This document shows positions 19,796 to 27,997 of a stretch of 64,000 nt of DNA, piece after piece. Origin of the DNA: Deltaproteobacteria bacterium (GTDB lineage: Bacteria; Myxococcota; Kuafuiibacteriia; Kuafuiibacteriales; Kuafuiibacteriaceae); NCBI GenBank assembly GCA_040218735.1, contig JAVJQW010000019.1, forward strand, positions 64,001 through 128,000. Direction: 5' to 3'. The notes below the pieces were generated by a model that was not told where the DNA came from, did no database searches, and was given only the letters and a program-made list of their open reading frames with translations. Made by a program: the position numbers and the translations under genes. How positions within the stretch are numbered: the first letter of the stretch is position 1; each line of letters starts with the position of its first letter.

Positions 19796-20491
19796 ATGGC
19801 TTCGGACACGGTGACCGTCGATCCTCCTCGCGAGTCCGCGGTGCAGTCGCGGATTGCGGCGATCGTCGGTTCACCGTGGTCCTGGCTCGCCTTCTTCGCG
19901 ATCGCGTTCGGCTTCCACATCGGCCGCGCGATGCTCGCGGACCCGCCGCGGGACCCGCCGCCCGTCCTCTACACGATGCCCGAGTTCCAGCTGACGGATC
20001 AGTTCGGGCGGGAGTTCGGATCGCGTGAGCTCGTCGGCAAGATCTGGGTCGCGAACTTCATCTTCACGCACTGCCCGACGCGCTGTAACGACCTCACGGA
20101 GTCGATGAAGAAGGTGCAGAAGCGCCTCAAGTACATGCGCGACGGCGTCTACCTCACGTCGTTCTCCGTCGATCCCGAGCACGACACACCGGAGCGGCTG
20201 CTCGCCTACGCCAAGAAACACGAGGCGAAGCAGTCGACTTGGCGCTTCCTCACGGGAGAGCTCGGCGCCGTTCAGGCGGCGGTCGTCGACGGCTTCAAGC
20301 AGCCGATCGCCCCCGGCGAGCCGCTCCCTGCGGACGACGAGATGCCGGTCGGGGACCGGCTCATGAACATCACCCACGGCACTCGTTTTGTGCTCGTGGA
20401 CCGCCAGCATCGCATCCGTGGGTACTACGAGACCGACGAAGCGAGCCTGGACGACCTCCTCGGCGACATCGCCCTCGTCGGCCTCGAATAA
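19796..20491 (+). CDS. SCO1/SenC copper chaperone
   Basis: N-terminal TM; FIFTHCPTRC (CxxxC); SVDPEHDTPE; ITHGTRFVLVD. Confidence 0.92.
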   Translation: MASDTVTVDPPRESAVQSRIAAIVGSPWSWLAFFAIAFGFHIGRAMLADPPRDPPPVLYTMPEFQLTDQFGREFGSRELVGKIWVANFIFTHCPTRCNDLTESMKKVQKRLKYMRDGVYLTSFSVDPEHDTPERLLAYAKKHEAKQSTWRFLTGELGAVQAAVVDGFKQPIAPGEPLPADDEMPVGDRLMNITHGTRFVLVDRQHRIRGYYETDEASLDDLLGDIALVGLE

Positions 20492-20583
20492 CCCTGGGAC
20501 ACCCGACCCCTCCGGAGGCCTCGGGTCCGCCATTGGTCCGCTGTTCGCGCGACCCGGTTCTGCGGGATCGTGGCGGCGCCGTG

Positions 20584-21237
20584 GTGCGTGTGCTGGTGGG
20601 CAAGACGATCGTGGAGCAGGACGGCCCTGCGCTCGAACGCCTGCGCGCCGACTATGCGCGCGTCGTGATGGACGTGGGCACCGGCGACGGGCGCTTCGTG
20701 CTGCGCGGAGCGCGCGACGACTCGGATGCGCTACACATCGGGATCGACGCGGTGGGCGACAACATGGTCGCGACCGCTCAGAAGGCGAGGAAAAAGCCGG
20801 GCAAGGGCGGCGCGCCGAACGCCATGTTCGTGGTGTCGGCGATCGAGCAGCTGCCGGAGGTCTTCGACGGTTGGGCGGACGCGCTCCACGTCGGCTACCC
20901 GTGGGGCTCGTTGCTGCGCGCGTTCGTCGCACCCGACCGGGACGTGCTCGACCGCATCGTGCGCCTCGCCAAACCGGGGGGCGCGATCTTCGTGCGCCTC
21001 AACCAGAGTGTCTTCGACGACGCCGAGTACATGACGCGGCTCGAGCTGCCTCCGTTCGACCCGTCGCGGCTGGGTGAAGCGCTCGTGGACGTGGGCTTCG
21101 AGGTGCAGAGCGCCGAGGTCCTCGCGGGGGACTCCGGGGAGCGGACGACGTGGGAGCGACGGCTGGTCGCGGGGAGTCACCGGAGGACTTACGCGATCAA
21201 GGGTGTGCGGGCCGAGGCGCGATCGACCGCCGTCTGA
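20584..21237 (+). CDS. 16S rRNA (adenine(1408)-N1)-methyltransferase, KamB/NpmA/Kmr family (aminoglycoside resistance candidate)
   Basis: VRVLVGK N-terminus, DVGTGDG SAM motif, GID, KKPGKGGAPN, EQLP, YPWGSLL and TTWERRL all match motifs recalled for KamB/NpmA. Confidence 0.85.
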   Translation: MRVLVGKTIVEQDGPALERLRADYARVVMDVGTGDGRFVLRGARDDSDALHIGIDAVGDNMVATAQKARKKPGKGGAPNAMFVVSAIEQLPEVFDGWADALHVGYPWGSLLRAFVAPDRDVLDRIVRLAKPGGAIFVRLNQSVFDDAEYMTRLELPPFDPSRLGEALVDVGFEVQSAEVLAGDSGERTTWERRLVAGSHRRTYAIKGVRAEARSTAV

Positions 21238-21548
21238 GCTCACAGGAGACGGGAGTCTGAGTGTTCGGGCTGAGGCGCGATCTACCGGCGTCTGAGCTCA
21301 CAGGAGACGGGAGTCTGAGTGTTCGGGCTGAGGCGCGATCTACCGCCGTTTGATTTCATACGAGACGGGAGTCTGGTTGTGCGGGCCGAGGCGCGATCTA
21401 CCAGCGTTCGATTTCACACGAGACCGGAGTCCGCGTGTGCGGGCTGAGACGCGATCCACCGCCGTTTGATTTCACATGAGACGGGAGTCTGGGTTGTGCG
21501 GGCTGAGGCGCGATCGACCGCCGTCTGAATTTTCACAGGAGACGGGAG
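21203..21548. repeat. Tandem array of six ~58-bp units
   Basis: Units start at 21203, 21261, 21319, 21377, 21435 and 21494; consensus approx. GTGTGCGGGCTGAGGCGCGATCTACCGCCGTCTGA(GC/TT)TCACAGGAGACGGGAGTCTG(A/G); no spacers. Confidence 0.92.
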
Positions 21549-21648
21549 CTCGGGAGGTTTGGGGGGGGCGCCGGCGCTTCGATCCGGTGCTTCGAAATTC
21601 GTTGGGCCAACGCGTTCTCGCGCGTTCGTTCCCGGTGGGGCGTGCTGA

Positions 21649-21685
21649 GGCATCTTTTGTCCTCACCGTCTCCTTGTGAATTTCA
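21649..21685. repeat. Inverted copy of the ACAGGAGACGG repeat motif; homologue of the 9092-9179 palindrome arm
   Basis: 21649-21677 matches 9150-9178 at 24/29 nt. 21666-21685 is an imperfect reverse complement of 21526-21545. Confidence 0.75.
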
Positions 21686-21714
21686 ACGAACGGGCTGGGC
21701 GTTCGCGGCTGGGG

Positions 21715-22530
21715 TCAGAGGCTCACCGGAGGCAACGTCCCGTCGGGCGTGTCCGAGCCGCTGCTCGCGAGGACGACGCCGCCCACCACCGCCCCCGCCA
21801 CAACGACGGCGGCCGCGGTCCAGAACCACCAACGCGTGTAGATCGGCGGGTCCTCGGGCGTGGGTTTCGGGCGCGTGACGACCGCGGGTGCCGCGGTGCG
21901 TGCGACGACGACGGAGAGCGGCGCGGTCGCGTCGGCGACGGTGACGAGCGCGGCGTCTTCGCTGCGACCGACGAGGTAGTAGTCGAGGCGCAGCTGCGAC
22001 AGGCTCGGCACCTCGACCACGGCCGCCGCGCGATCTTCGCGACGGGTCATCGTGTGCCGTTCGAACGGCTCGTCACCCGCCCGCGCGTAGAGCTCGACCG
22101 CGACGAGGGCGTCGCGCGGGTCTTCGATGCGGGCGGAGACGACGACGCGACGCCCCTCGGGGATCGCGGTGACGTCGACGAGGCGCGGCGCGACCTTGGC
22201 CTGCGCGCGCTCGAAAACGGCGCGGATCTTCGGGGAGAGGCGGACGTCGAGGGTGTAGCTCGGGTCGATGGCGAGCAGCGCTTCGAACGCAGCCTCCGCG
22301 CTCTGCGGTTTGTCGCGCGCGACGTACGCGACACCGAGGAGCCGATACGCCTCGACACGATCCGCTTCGCCGAGGTCACGATCCTCGAGGGCGCGCTCGA
22401 GGAGCGTGATCCCCGCCTTGTACCGGAGCTCCTCGCGGATGAGGCGGTCGGCCTGGTCGATGCGCGCATCGGCCGCGAGCGCCGGGGCGGCCGCGAAGAC
22501 GCAGAGCACGAAGACCAACCGAGGGAGCAC
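21715..22530 (-). CDS. TPR-like secreted protein with C-terminal membrane anchor
   Basis: Signal peptide VLPRLVFVLCVFAAAPALA; AYRLLGVAY..AFEALLAIDPSY TPR-like motif; PIYTRWWFWT-TM tail. Confidence 0.75.
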   Translation of the reverse strand: MLPRLVFVLCVFAAAPALAADARIDQADRLIREELRYKAGITLLERALEDRDLGEADRVEAYRLLGVAYVARDKPQSAEAAFEALLAIDPSYTLDVRLSPKIRAVFERAQAKVAPRLVDVTAIPEGRRVVVSARIEDPRDALVAVELYARAGDEPFERHTMTRREDRAAAVVEVPSLSQLRLDYYLVGRSEDAALVTVADATAPLSVVVARTAAPAVVTRPKPTPEDPPIYTRWWFWTAAAVVVAGAVVGGVVLASSGSDTPDGTLPPVSL

Positions 22531-22642
22531 CGAAGCGACCGTAGGGCCGGCCGAGGCCCGGGACAAGCGCCGTGCGTGGAGGTGGGCGACGGCGCACGCT
22601 GCCGATATCAACCTCACCCCGAGGCCTTATACTCGGCGACGC

Positions 22643-24490
22643 GTGGGCCGCGGGATACCGTTCGGGGAGTACCGGCTCCTCCGCCGACTGGGTTCGGGGG
22701 GGATGGCCGAGGTGTTCCTCGCGAAGCGCGAGGGCCCGGGCGGGTTCGCGAAGCAGCTCGTCATCAAGCGCATCCTCCCGCACCTCGCAGCGTCGGAGCG
22801 CTTCACCTCGATGTTCCTGCGCGAGGCGCGGCTGGCCGCGTTGGTCGACCACCCGAACCTCGTGCACGTGTCGAGCTTCGGGGAGATCGACGGCGAGTAC
22901 TACCTCGCGATGGAGTACGTCGACGGCTTCACGCTGGCCGACCTCCTCCAGCGCACCGCCGTCCTCTCACCCGGCGTGTCCACGCGCATCGCGGTCGACG
23001 TGCTCGACGCGCTGTTTGCGATCCACACCGCGAAGAGCGACGAGGGTGAACCGCTCCAGCTCGTGCATCGCGACGTCACCCCGCGCAACGTGATGATCAC
23101 GCGTGCGGGCGCGGTGAAGCTGCTCGACTTCGGCATCGCGGTGAGCGCGGAAGACGAAGGCCTGTCGTCGATGGGGACGCGCCAGTACATGGCGCCCGAG
23201 CAGTACGACGGCGTCGGGATCGATCACCGCGCCGATCTCTTCGGCGTAGGCGTGCTCCTCTACCTCACGATCTGCGGGGGGCTCCCGTTCCCGGGGCGCC
23301 CGCTCGAGCGCGCGAAGCGCCACCGCCGGATCCCGGAGGGCGTGTGGAAGGTCGTGAAGACCGCGTTGGAGCTCCACGCAGCGGATCGGCCGCCCGACGC
23401 CCGCGCGATGCAAAAGCCGCTGGAGCTGTTCATGGCGTCGCGCGGGGTCGAGGGGACACGCGCGCACCTCGCGGAGATCGCGGGGTCGCTCGCGCCGTCA
23501 CCGGCCGTGCGCGTGCTCTCGCGCATCACGCAGATCGGGCCGTTCACTCGGCGCACGGGAACGGTGGACGAGAGCGCCGTGGTCACGACGGGTCCGCGCT
23601 ACGCGCGGGTGGTCGGCGCCGGGATGCTCGCGGGGCTCCTCGGCGTCGGGACGTTCGTGCTCGCGGGCGGCGCGGATCGGTGGCTCGACGATTCGAGGGG
23701 GGAGGCCGTCGCGTTGGCGAGCGTCGGCGAGGGACTGGATGGCGAAGGCAACGACGCCCGGTCGGGTCAGGGCGGCTCAGGGAACGGTAGAGCGGGCGCC
23801 GCGATTCGAGGGGCCCGCGGTGTTTTGGGCGGGTCGACGGGCGAAGAGCGACTGCGCGACGACGCGAGGCCGGGCGCGCGCGAGGCGCTCCGCGGGCCAG
23901 CGACGGTGCGCGGCGATCGCCTGACCGAAGATGCCGAGCGCACACGCGATGCGGCGAGGACCAACGCCGCCACCGAGGAGGATGGCCGGAGACCACGCGA
24001 TCCGACGAGCACCGCGGACGATTCCGCGAACCGCGCGGAGGCCGACGACGCGACCGCGCGCTCGGCGGGCGACGCGACCGCCACGGGCGGAGACGACGAC
24101 GCGCGCGCGGACACCACCGACGAGGGGCGCGACGACCCGACGAAGGCCCGCGCGACGGAGACGACCCGCGGTCGAGATCCAAGCGAACCGGCGACGACCT
24201 CGAGGTCCGAGCGCACCGCAAAGAAATCCGAACGCACCGAGGCCCCCTCCCGGCGCGCCGCAAAGAAATCCGCGCGCAAGAAGGGCACCGGCCAGCTCAC
24301 GATCGACACGACGCCGTGGACCGTCGTCTACCTCGGCGACAAGAAGCTCGGCATGACACCGCTCCAAGGCGTGAAGCTCCCCAGCGGAAAGCACCGCCTC
24401 CGCCTCGCCAACCCGAACAGCGGCGCGGAAGCCTCCATCGTCGTCACAATCCGCGCCGGCCGCACGACCCGCATCCGCCGCACGCTGTGA
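22643..24490 (+). CDS. Hanks-type Ser/Thr protein kinase with TM, disordered linker and C-terminal PEGA
   Basis: LGSGGMAEVF, HRDVTPRN, DFG, YMAPE, ADLFGVG; C-terminal TTPWTVVYLGDKKLGMTP. Confidence 0.92.
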   Translation: MGRGIPFGEYRLLRRLGSGGMAEVFLAKREGPGGFAKQLVIKRILPHLAASERFTSMFLREARLAALVDHPNLVHVSSFGEIDGEYYLAMEYVDGFTLADLLQRTAVLSPGVSTRIAVDVLDALFAIHTAKSDEGEPLQLVHRDVTPRNVMITRAGAVKLLDFGIAVSAEDEGLSSMGTRQYMAPEQYDGVGIDHRADLFGVGVLLYLTICGGLPFPGRPLERAKRHRRIPEGVWKVVKTALELHAADRPPDARAMQKPLELFMASRGVEGTRAHLAEIAGSLAPSPAVRVLSRITQIGPFTRRTGTVDESAVVTTGPRYARVVGAGMLAGLLGVGTFVLAGGADRWLDDSRGEAVALASVGEGLDGEGNDARSGQGGSGNGRAGAAIRGARGVLGGSTGEERLRDDARPGAREALRGPATVRGDRLTEDAERTRDAARTNAATEEDGRRPRDPTSTADDSANRAEADDATARSAGDATATGGDDDARADTTDEGRDDPTKARATETTRGRDPSEPATTSRSERTAKKSERTEAPSRRAAKKSARKKGTGQLTIDTTPWTVVYLGDKKLGMTPLQGVKLPSGKHRLRLANPNSGAEASIVVTIRAGRTTRIRRTL

Positions 24491-24719
24491 TCCCCTGGGG
24501 AGCCCGTCCGCCGATCGTGAAGTCCGCTGCGCAAACGCCAACGAAATCCGTAAGCGCCCGATCTCGCTCTGAATGATCCCCAACGAATTCCGCCCGACCG
24601 AGTGACCTGCCAAGTCGACTTCACAAGTCCGCGTCCCGTCGCGGCGCGCTCACCCGCAAAAACATCAACCACCTCCGCGCGCGGCCGCCTTGGCCGGCGT
24701 CTTGCTTTTACCTCCACGC

Positions 24720-25727
24720 ATGAAGAAAGCCCTCCTGCTCCCGAGTCTCCTGTTCGTCGCGTGTGTCCCCGGTCCAGGACCCGACGCCGAGCTCGAGGTC
24801 GCCACGGTCACCGACAACCTCAGTATCATCGACGACGACGGCGACGGCGTCCCGGACTGCATCGACGTCGATGGCGACGGCACCTGCACCGCCGCCGACC
24901 GCGCGCTGCCCGGCATCCCCGGCAACGGCTGCCGCCCGACGCGCCTCGACATCGACGGCGACGGTCAGTTCGACGGCATCGACACCGACTGCGACGGCGT
25001 GCTCGACGTGACGTGGAACTTCTGTCGCCCCGCTCCGATCGACAGCGACGGCGACGGTGTCCCCGACGGCATCGACACCAACTGCGACGGCACCGTCGAC
25101 ATCCCGATCGGTGGCTGTCGTCCCGCGCGCCTCGACACGGACGGCGACGGCGTCCCCGACGGCATCGACACCGACTGTGACGGCGTCATCGACGTCCCGC
25201 TCAACGGAGGCGGCGGCGGCACGCCGGGCTGCACGCCGACCCCGATCGACAGCGACGGCGACGGCGTCCCCGACGGCATCGACACCGACTGCGACGGCGT
25301 CATCGACATCGGGCGCCCCTCCACCGGCGGCTGCGTGCCCACCCCCATCGACGATGACGGCGACGGCATCCCCGACGGCATCGACACCGACTGTGACGGC
25401 GTCATCGACGTCGGTCGCCCCGGCGGCGGCGGCGGCGCCTGCATCCCGCAGCCGATCGACACGGACGGCGACGGGCGCCCCGACGGGCTCGACACCGACT
25501 GCGACGGTGTCATCGACATCTCCACCTGCCGCCCGCAGGCGGTCGACGATGACGGCGACGGCATCCCGGACGGGATCGACAACGACTGCGACGGGACGAT
25601 CGACGTGCCCTTCACGCCGCCGAGCGGTGGCGGCCAGTGCGTGCCCCAGGTCCTCGACACCGACGGCGACGGGCGCCCCGACTGCCTCGACGTCGACTGC
25701 GACGGCGTCGGTGACATCTGCCGCTGA
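24720..25727 (+). CDS. Lipoprotein with nine Asp/Cys-rich Ca-binding-like repeats (DxDGDGxPDGIDTDCDG)
   Basis: Lipobox LFVAC; repeat C-x-P-x-x-(I/L)-D-x-DGDG-x-PDG-IDTDCDG-VID, thrombospondin type 3-like. Confidence 0.85.
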   Translation: MKKALLLPSLLFVACVPGPGPDAELEVATVTDNLSIIDDDGDGVPDCIDVDGDGTCTAADRALPGIPGNGCRPTRLDIDGDGQFDGIDTDCDGVLDVTWNFCRPAPIDSDGDGVPDGIDTNCDGTVDIPIGGCRPARLDTDGDGVPDGIDTDCDGVIDVPLNGGGGGTPGCTPTPIDSDGDGVPDGIDTDCDGVIDIGRPSTGGCVPTPIDDDGDGIPDGIDTDCDGVIDVGRPGGGGGACIPQPIDTDGDGRPDGLDTDCDGVIDISTCRPQAVDDDGDGIPDGIDNDCDGTIDVPFTPPSGGGQCVPQVLDTDGDGRPDCLDVDCDGVGDICR

Positions 25728-25768
25728 GGCCCCGGCGGCAGGGACGTCGGCCGTGGTAGCTTCGCGCC

Positions 25769-27997
25769 ATGGCCGACGTCTTCAAGCCCAACGCCTGCAT
25801 CCTCTGCGAGTGCAACTGCGGAATCGAGGTTCAGCTCGGCGGTGAGGACAACCGTCACCTCGTCAAGATCCGCGGCGACCGCGCCCACCCCAGCTCCCAG
25901 GGCTACGCCTGCGAGAAGGCCCAACGCCTCGACCACTACCAGAACGGCCGCGACCGCATCCTCCTCCCGCAGCGACGCCGCCCCGACGGAACCTTCGAGA
26001 CGATCGACTGGGACACCGCGATCCGCGAGGTCGCCGAACGCCTGACGCGGCTCCGCGACGAACACGGCGGAACCTCGATCTTCTATTACGGCGGCGGCGG
26101 CCAAGGGAACCACCTCCCCGGCGCCTACTCCGTGTCGACGCGACGTGTCCTGGGCTCGCGCTACCGCTCGAGCGCCCTCGCCCAGGAGAAGACGGGTGAG
26201 TTCTGGGTCAACGACCGCATGCTCGGAACCTACGTCCGCGGTGACTTCGAGCACTGCGAAGTCGCATTCTTCCTCGGCAAGAACCCGTGGTTCTCACACT
26301 CCATCCCGCGCGCCCGCGTCACCCTCCGTGAGATCGCGAAGGACCCGCAGCGCAAACTCATCGTGGTCGACCCGCGCCGCACCAAGACCGCGGAGCTCGC
26401 GGACATTCACGTGCAGGTCCGACCGGGCACCGACGCCTGGTTCATGTCCGCGCTCGTCGCCGTCCTCTTCGAGGAGGACCTCGTCGACGCCGACTTCTGC
26501 GACGCCAACACCGCCGGGCTCGAAGACGTCCGCGCCCGCTTCACGAACGTCCCGATCGCAGAGTACTGCGCCCACGCCGGCGTCGACGAAGCGCAGGTCC
26601 GCGAGGTCGCGCGGGTCATCGGCGGCGCGTCGAGCGTCGCGAGCTTCGAAGACCTCGGTGTGCAGATGAATCACCACTCCACGCTGGTGAGTTACCTGCA
26701 CAAACTCACGTGGCTACTCACCGGCAACTTCGGCAAGGCGGGCACGCAGTTCATCCCCACGCCGATCGTCAACATCGCCGACGGCAAGACCAAACGTGAC
26801 AGCCCGGTCACCGGTTCGCGCATCGTCGGGGGCCTCGTCCCCTGCAACGCGATCGCCGACGAGATCCTCACCGACCACCCCGACCGGTTCCGCGCGATGA
26901 TCGTCGAAGCCGCGAACCCCGCGCACTCGCTCGCCGACGCCCCCCGCATGCGTGAAGCGCTCGGCGCGCTCGATACCCTCGTCGTCATCGACGTCGCCAT
27001 GACCGAGACCGCGCGCCTCGCGGACTATGTGCTCCCCGCCTCGACCCAGTTCGAGAAGGCGGAGGCGACGTTCTTCAACATCGACTTCCCGAAGAACTTC
27101 TTCCACCTCCGCCCGCCGCTGTTCGCGGCGCCGGAGGGTCCGCTCCCCGAAGCCGAGATCCACGCGCGCCTCGTGGAAGCGATTCAGACCTTCGACGACG
27201 AACCGTTCGCGAGCCTGAGGGCCGCGGCCGACGAAGGTCTCGAGGCCTACGCCGCGAAGTTCATGGAGACCGTCGCCTTCGACGGCAAGCTGAACGTCAT
27301 CGCCCCCTACGTCCTCTACCGGACGCTCGGACCGTCCCTCGGCGAGCTCGCGGAGGGGGCCGTGCTGTGGGGCCTCGCGCTCCAGGTCGCGGCGAAGTAT
27401 CCGGCGTCGCTCGCGCGCGCCGGCTTCGAAGGCTCCCCGGTCGACGCCGCCAACGCGATGTTCCGCGCGATCGTCGAACGCCCCTCCGGGACGATCTTCG
27501 CCGTCGACGACTGGAGTGAAGTGTTGAAGCGCGTCGGCACCCCCGATCGCAAGATTCAGCTCGCGCTCGACGATCTCCTCGACGAGCTCGGCAAACTCAC
27601 CGACGGCCCGGCGGCGCCCGACCCCGAGTTCCCGTTCACGCTCTCCGCGGGTGAGCGCCGTGCGTTCACGGCCAACACGATCGTCCGCGACCCCGCGTGG
27701 CGGAAGAAGGACGCCGCCGGCGCCCTCCGCGTGCACCCCGACGACGCCGCCGAGCTCGGCGTGGGCGAAGGCGACCGCATCTGGATCCAGACACACCGCG
27801 GTCGCGTCGAGGTCGGCGTGACCCTCGACGACGCCATGTCGCGCCGGCACGTCTCCCTCCCCAACGGGATGGGTCTCGCCGGCGACGACGCGAGCTCCGG
27901 CGGCATCCCCACCAACGAGCTCACGACGACGGCGCACAAGGATCCGTTCGTCGGCACCCCCTGGCACAAGGCCGTGCCCGCCCGGTTGGAGCGCTGA
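25769..27997 (+). CDS. Molybdopterin-dependent oxidoreductase (DMSO reductase superfamily) with 4Fe-4S site
   Basis: CILCECNC...C cluster motif, IVVDPRRTKTAELAD, TETARLADYVLP, HPDDAAELG dinucleotide-binding tail; no Tat signal. Confidence 0.92.
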   Translation: MADVFKPNACILCECNCGIEVQLGGEDNRHLVKIRGDRAHPSSQGYACEKAQRLDHYQNGRDRILLPQRRRPDGTFETIDWDTAIREVAERLTRLRDEHGGTSIFYYGGGGQGNHLPGAYSVSTRRVLGSRYRSSALAQEKTGEFWVNDRMLGTYVRGDFEHCEVAFFLGKNPWFSHSIPRARVTLREIAKDPQRKLIVVDPRRTKTAELADIHVQVRPGTDAWFMSALVAVLFEEDLVDADFCDANTAGLEDVRARFTNVPIAEYCAHAGVDEAQVREVARVIGGASSVASFEDLGVQMNHHSTLVSYLHKLTWLLTGNFGKAGTQFIPTPIVNIADGKTKRDSPVTGSRIVGGLVPCNAIADEILTDHPDRFRAMIVEAANPAHSLADAPRMREALGALDTLVVIDVAMTETARLADYVLPASTQFEKAEATFFNIDFPKNFFHLRPPLFAAPEGPLPEAEIHARLVEAIQTFDDEPFASLRAAADEGLEAYAAKFMETVAFDGKLNVIAPYVLYRTLGPSLGELAEGAVLWGLALQVAAKYPASLARAGFEGSPVDAANAMFRAIVERPSGTIFAVDDWSEVLKRVGTPDRKIQLALDDLLDELGKLTDGPAAPDPEFPFTLSAGERRAFTANTIVRDPAWRKKDAAGALRVHPDDAAELGVGEGDRIWIQTHRGRVEVGVTLDDAMSRRHVSLPNGMGLAGDDASSGGIPTNELTTTAHKDPFVGTPWHKAVPARLER

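Noticed and set aside
21203-21548. CRISPR array interpretation
   Set aside because: Whole 58-bp units are similar end to end, with no unique spacers and no cas genes in the window.
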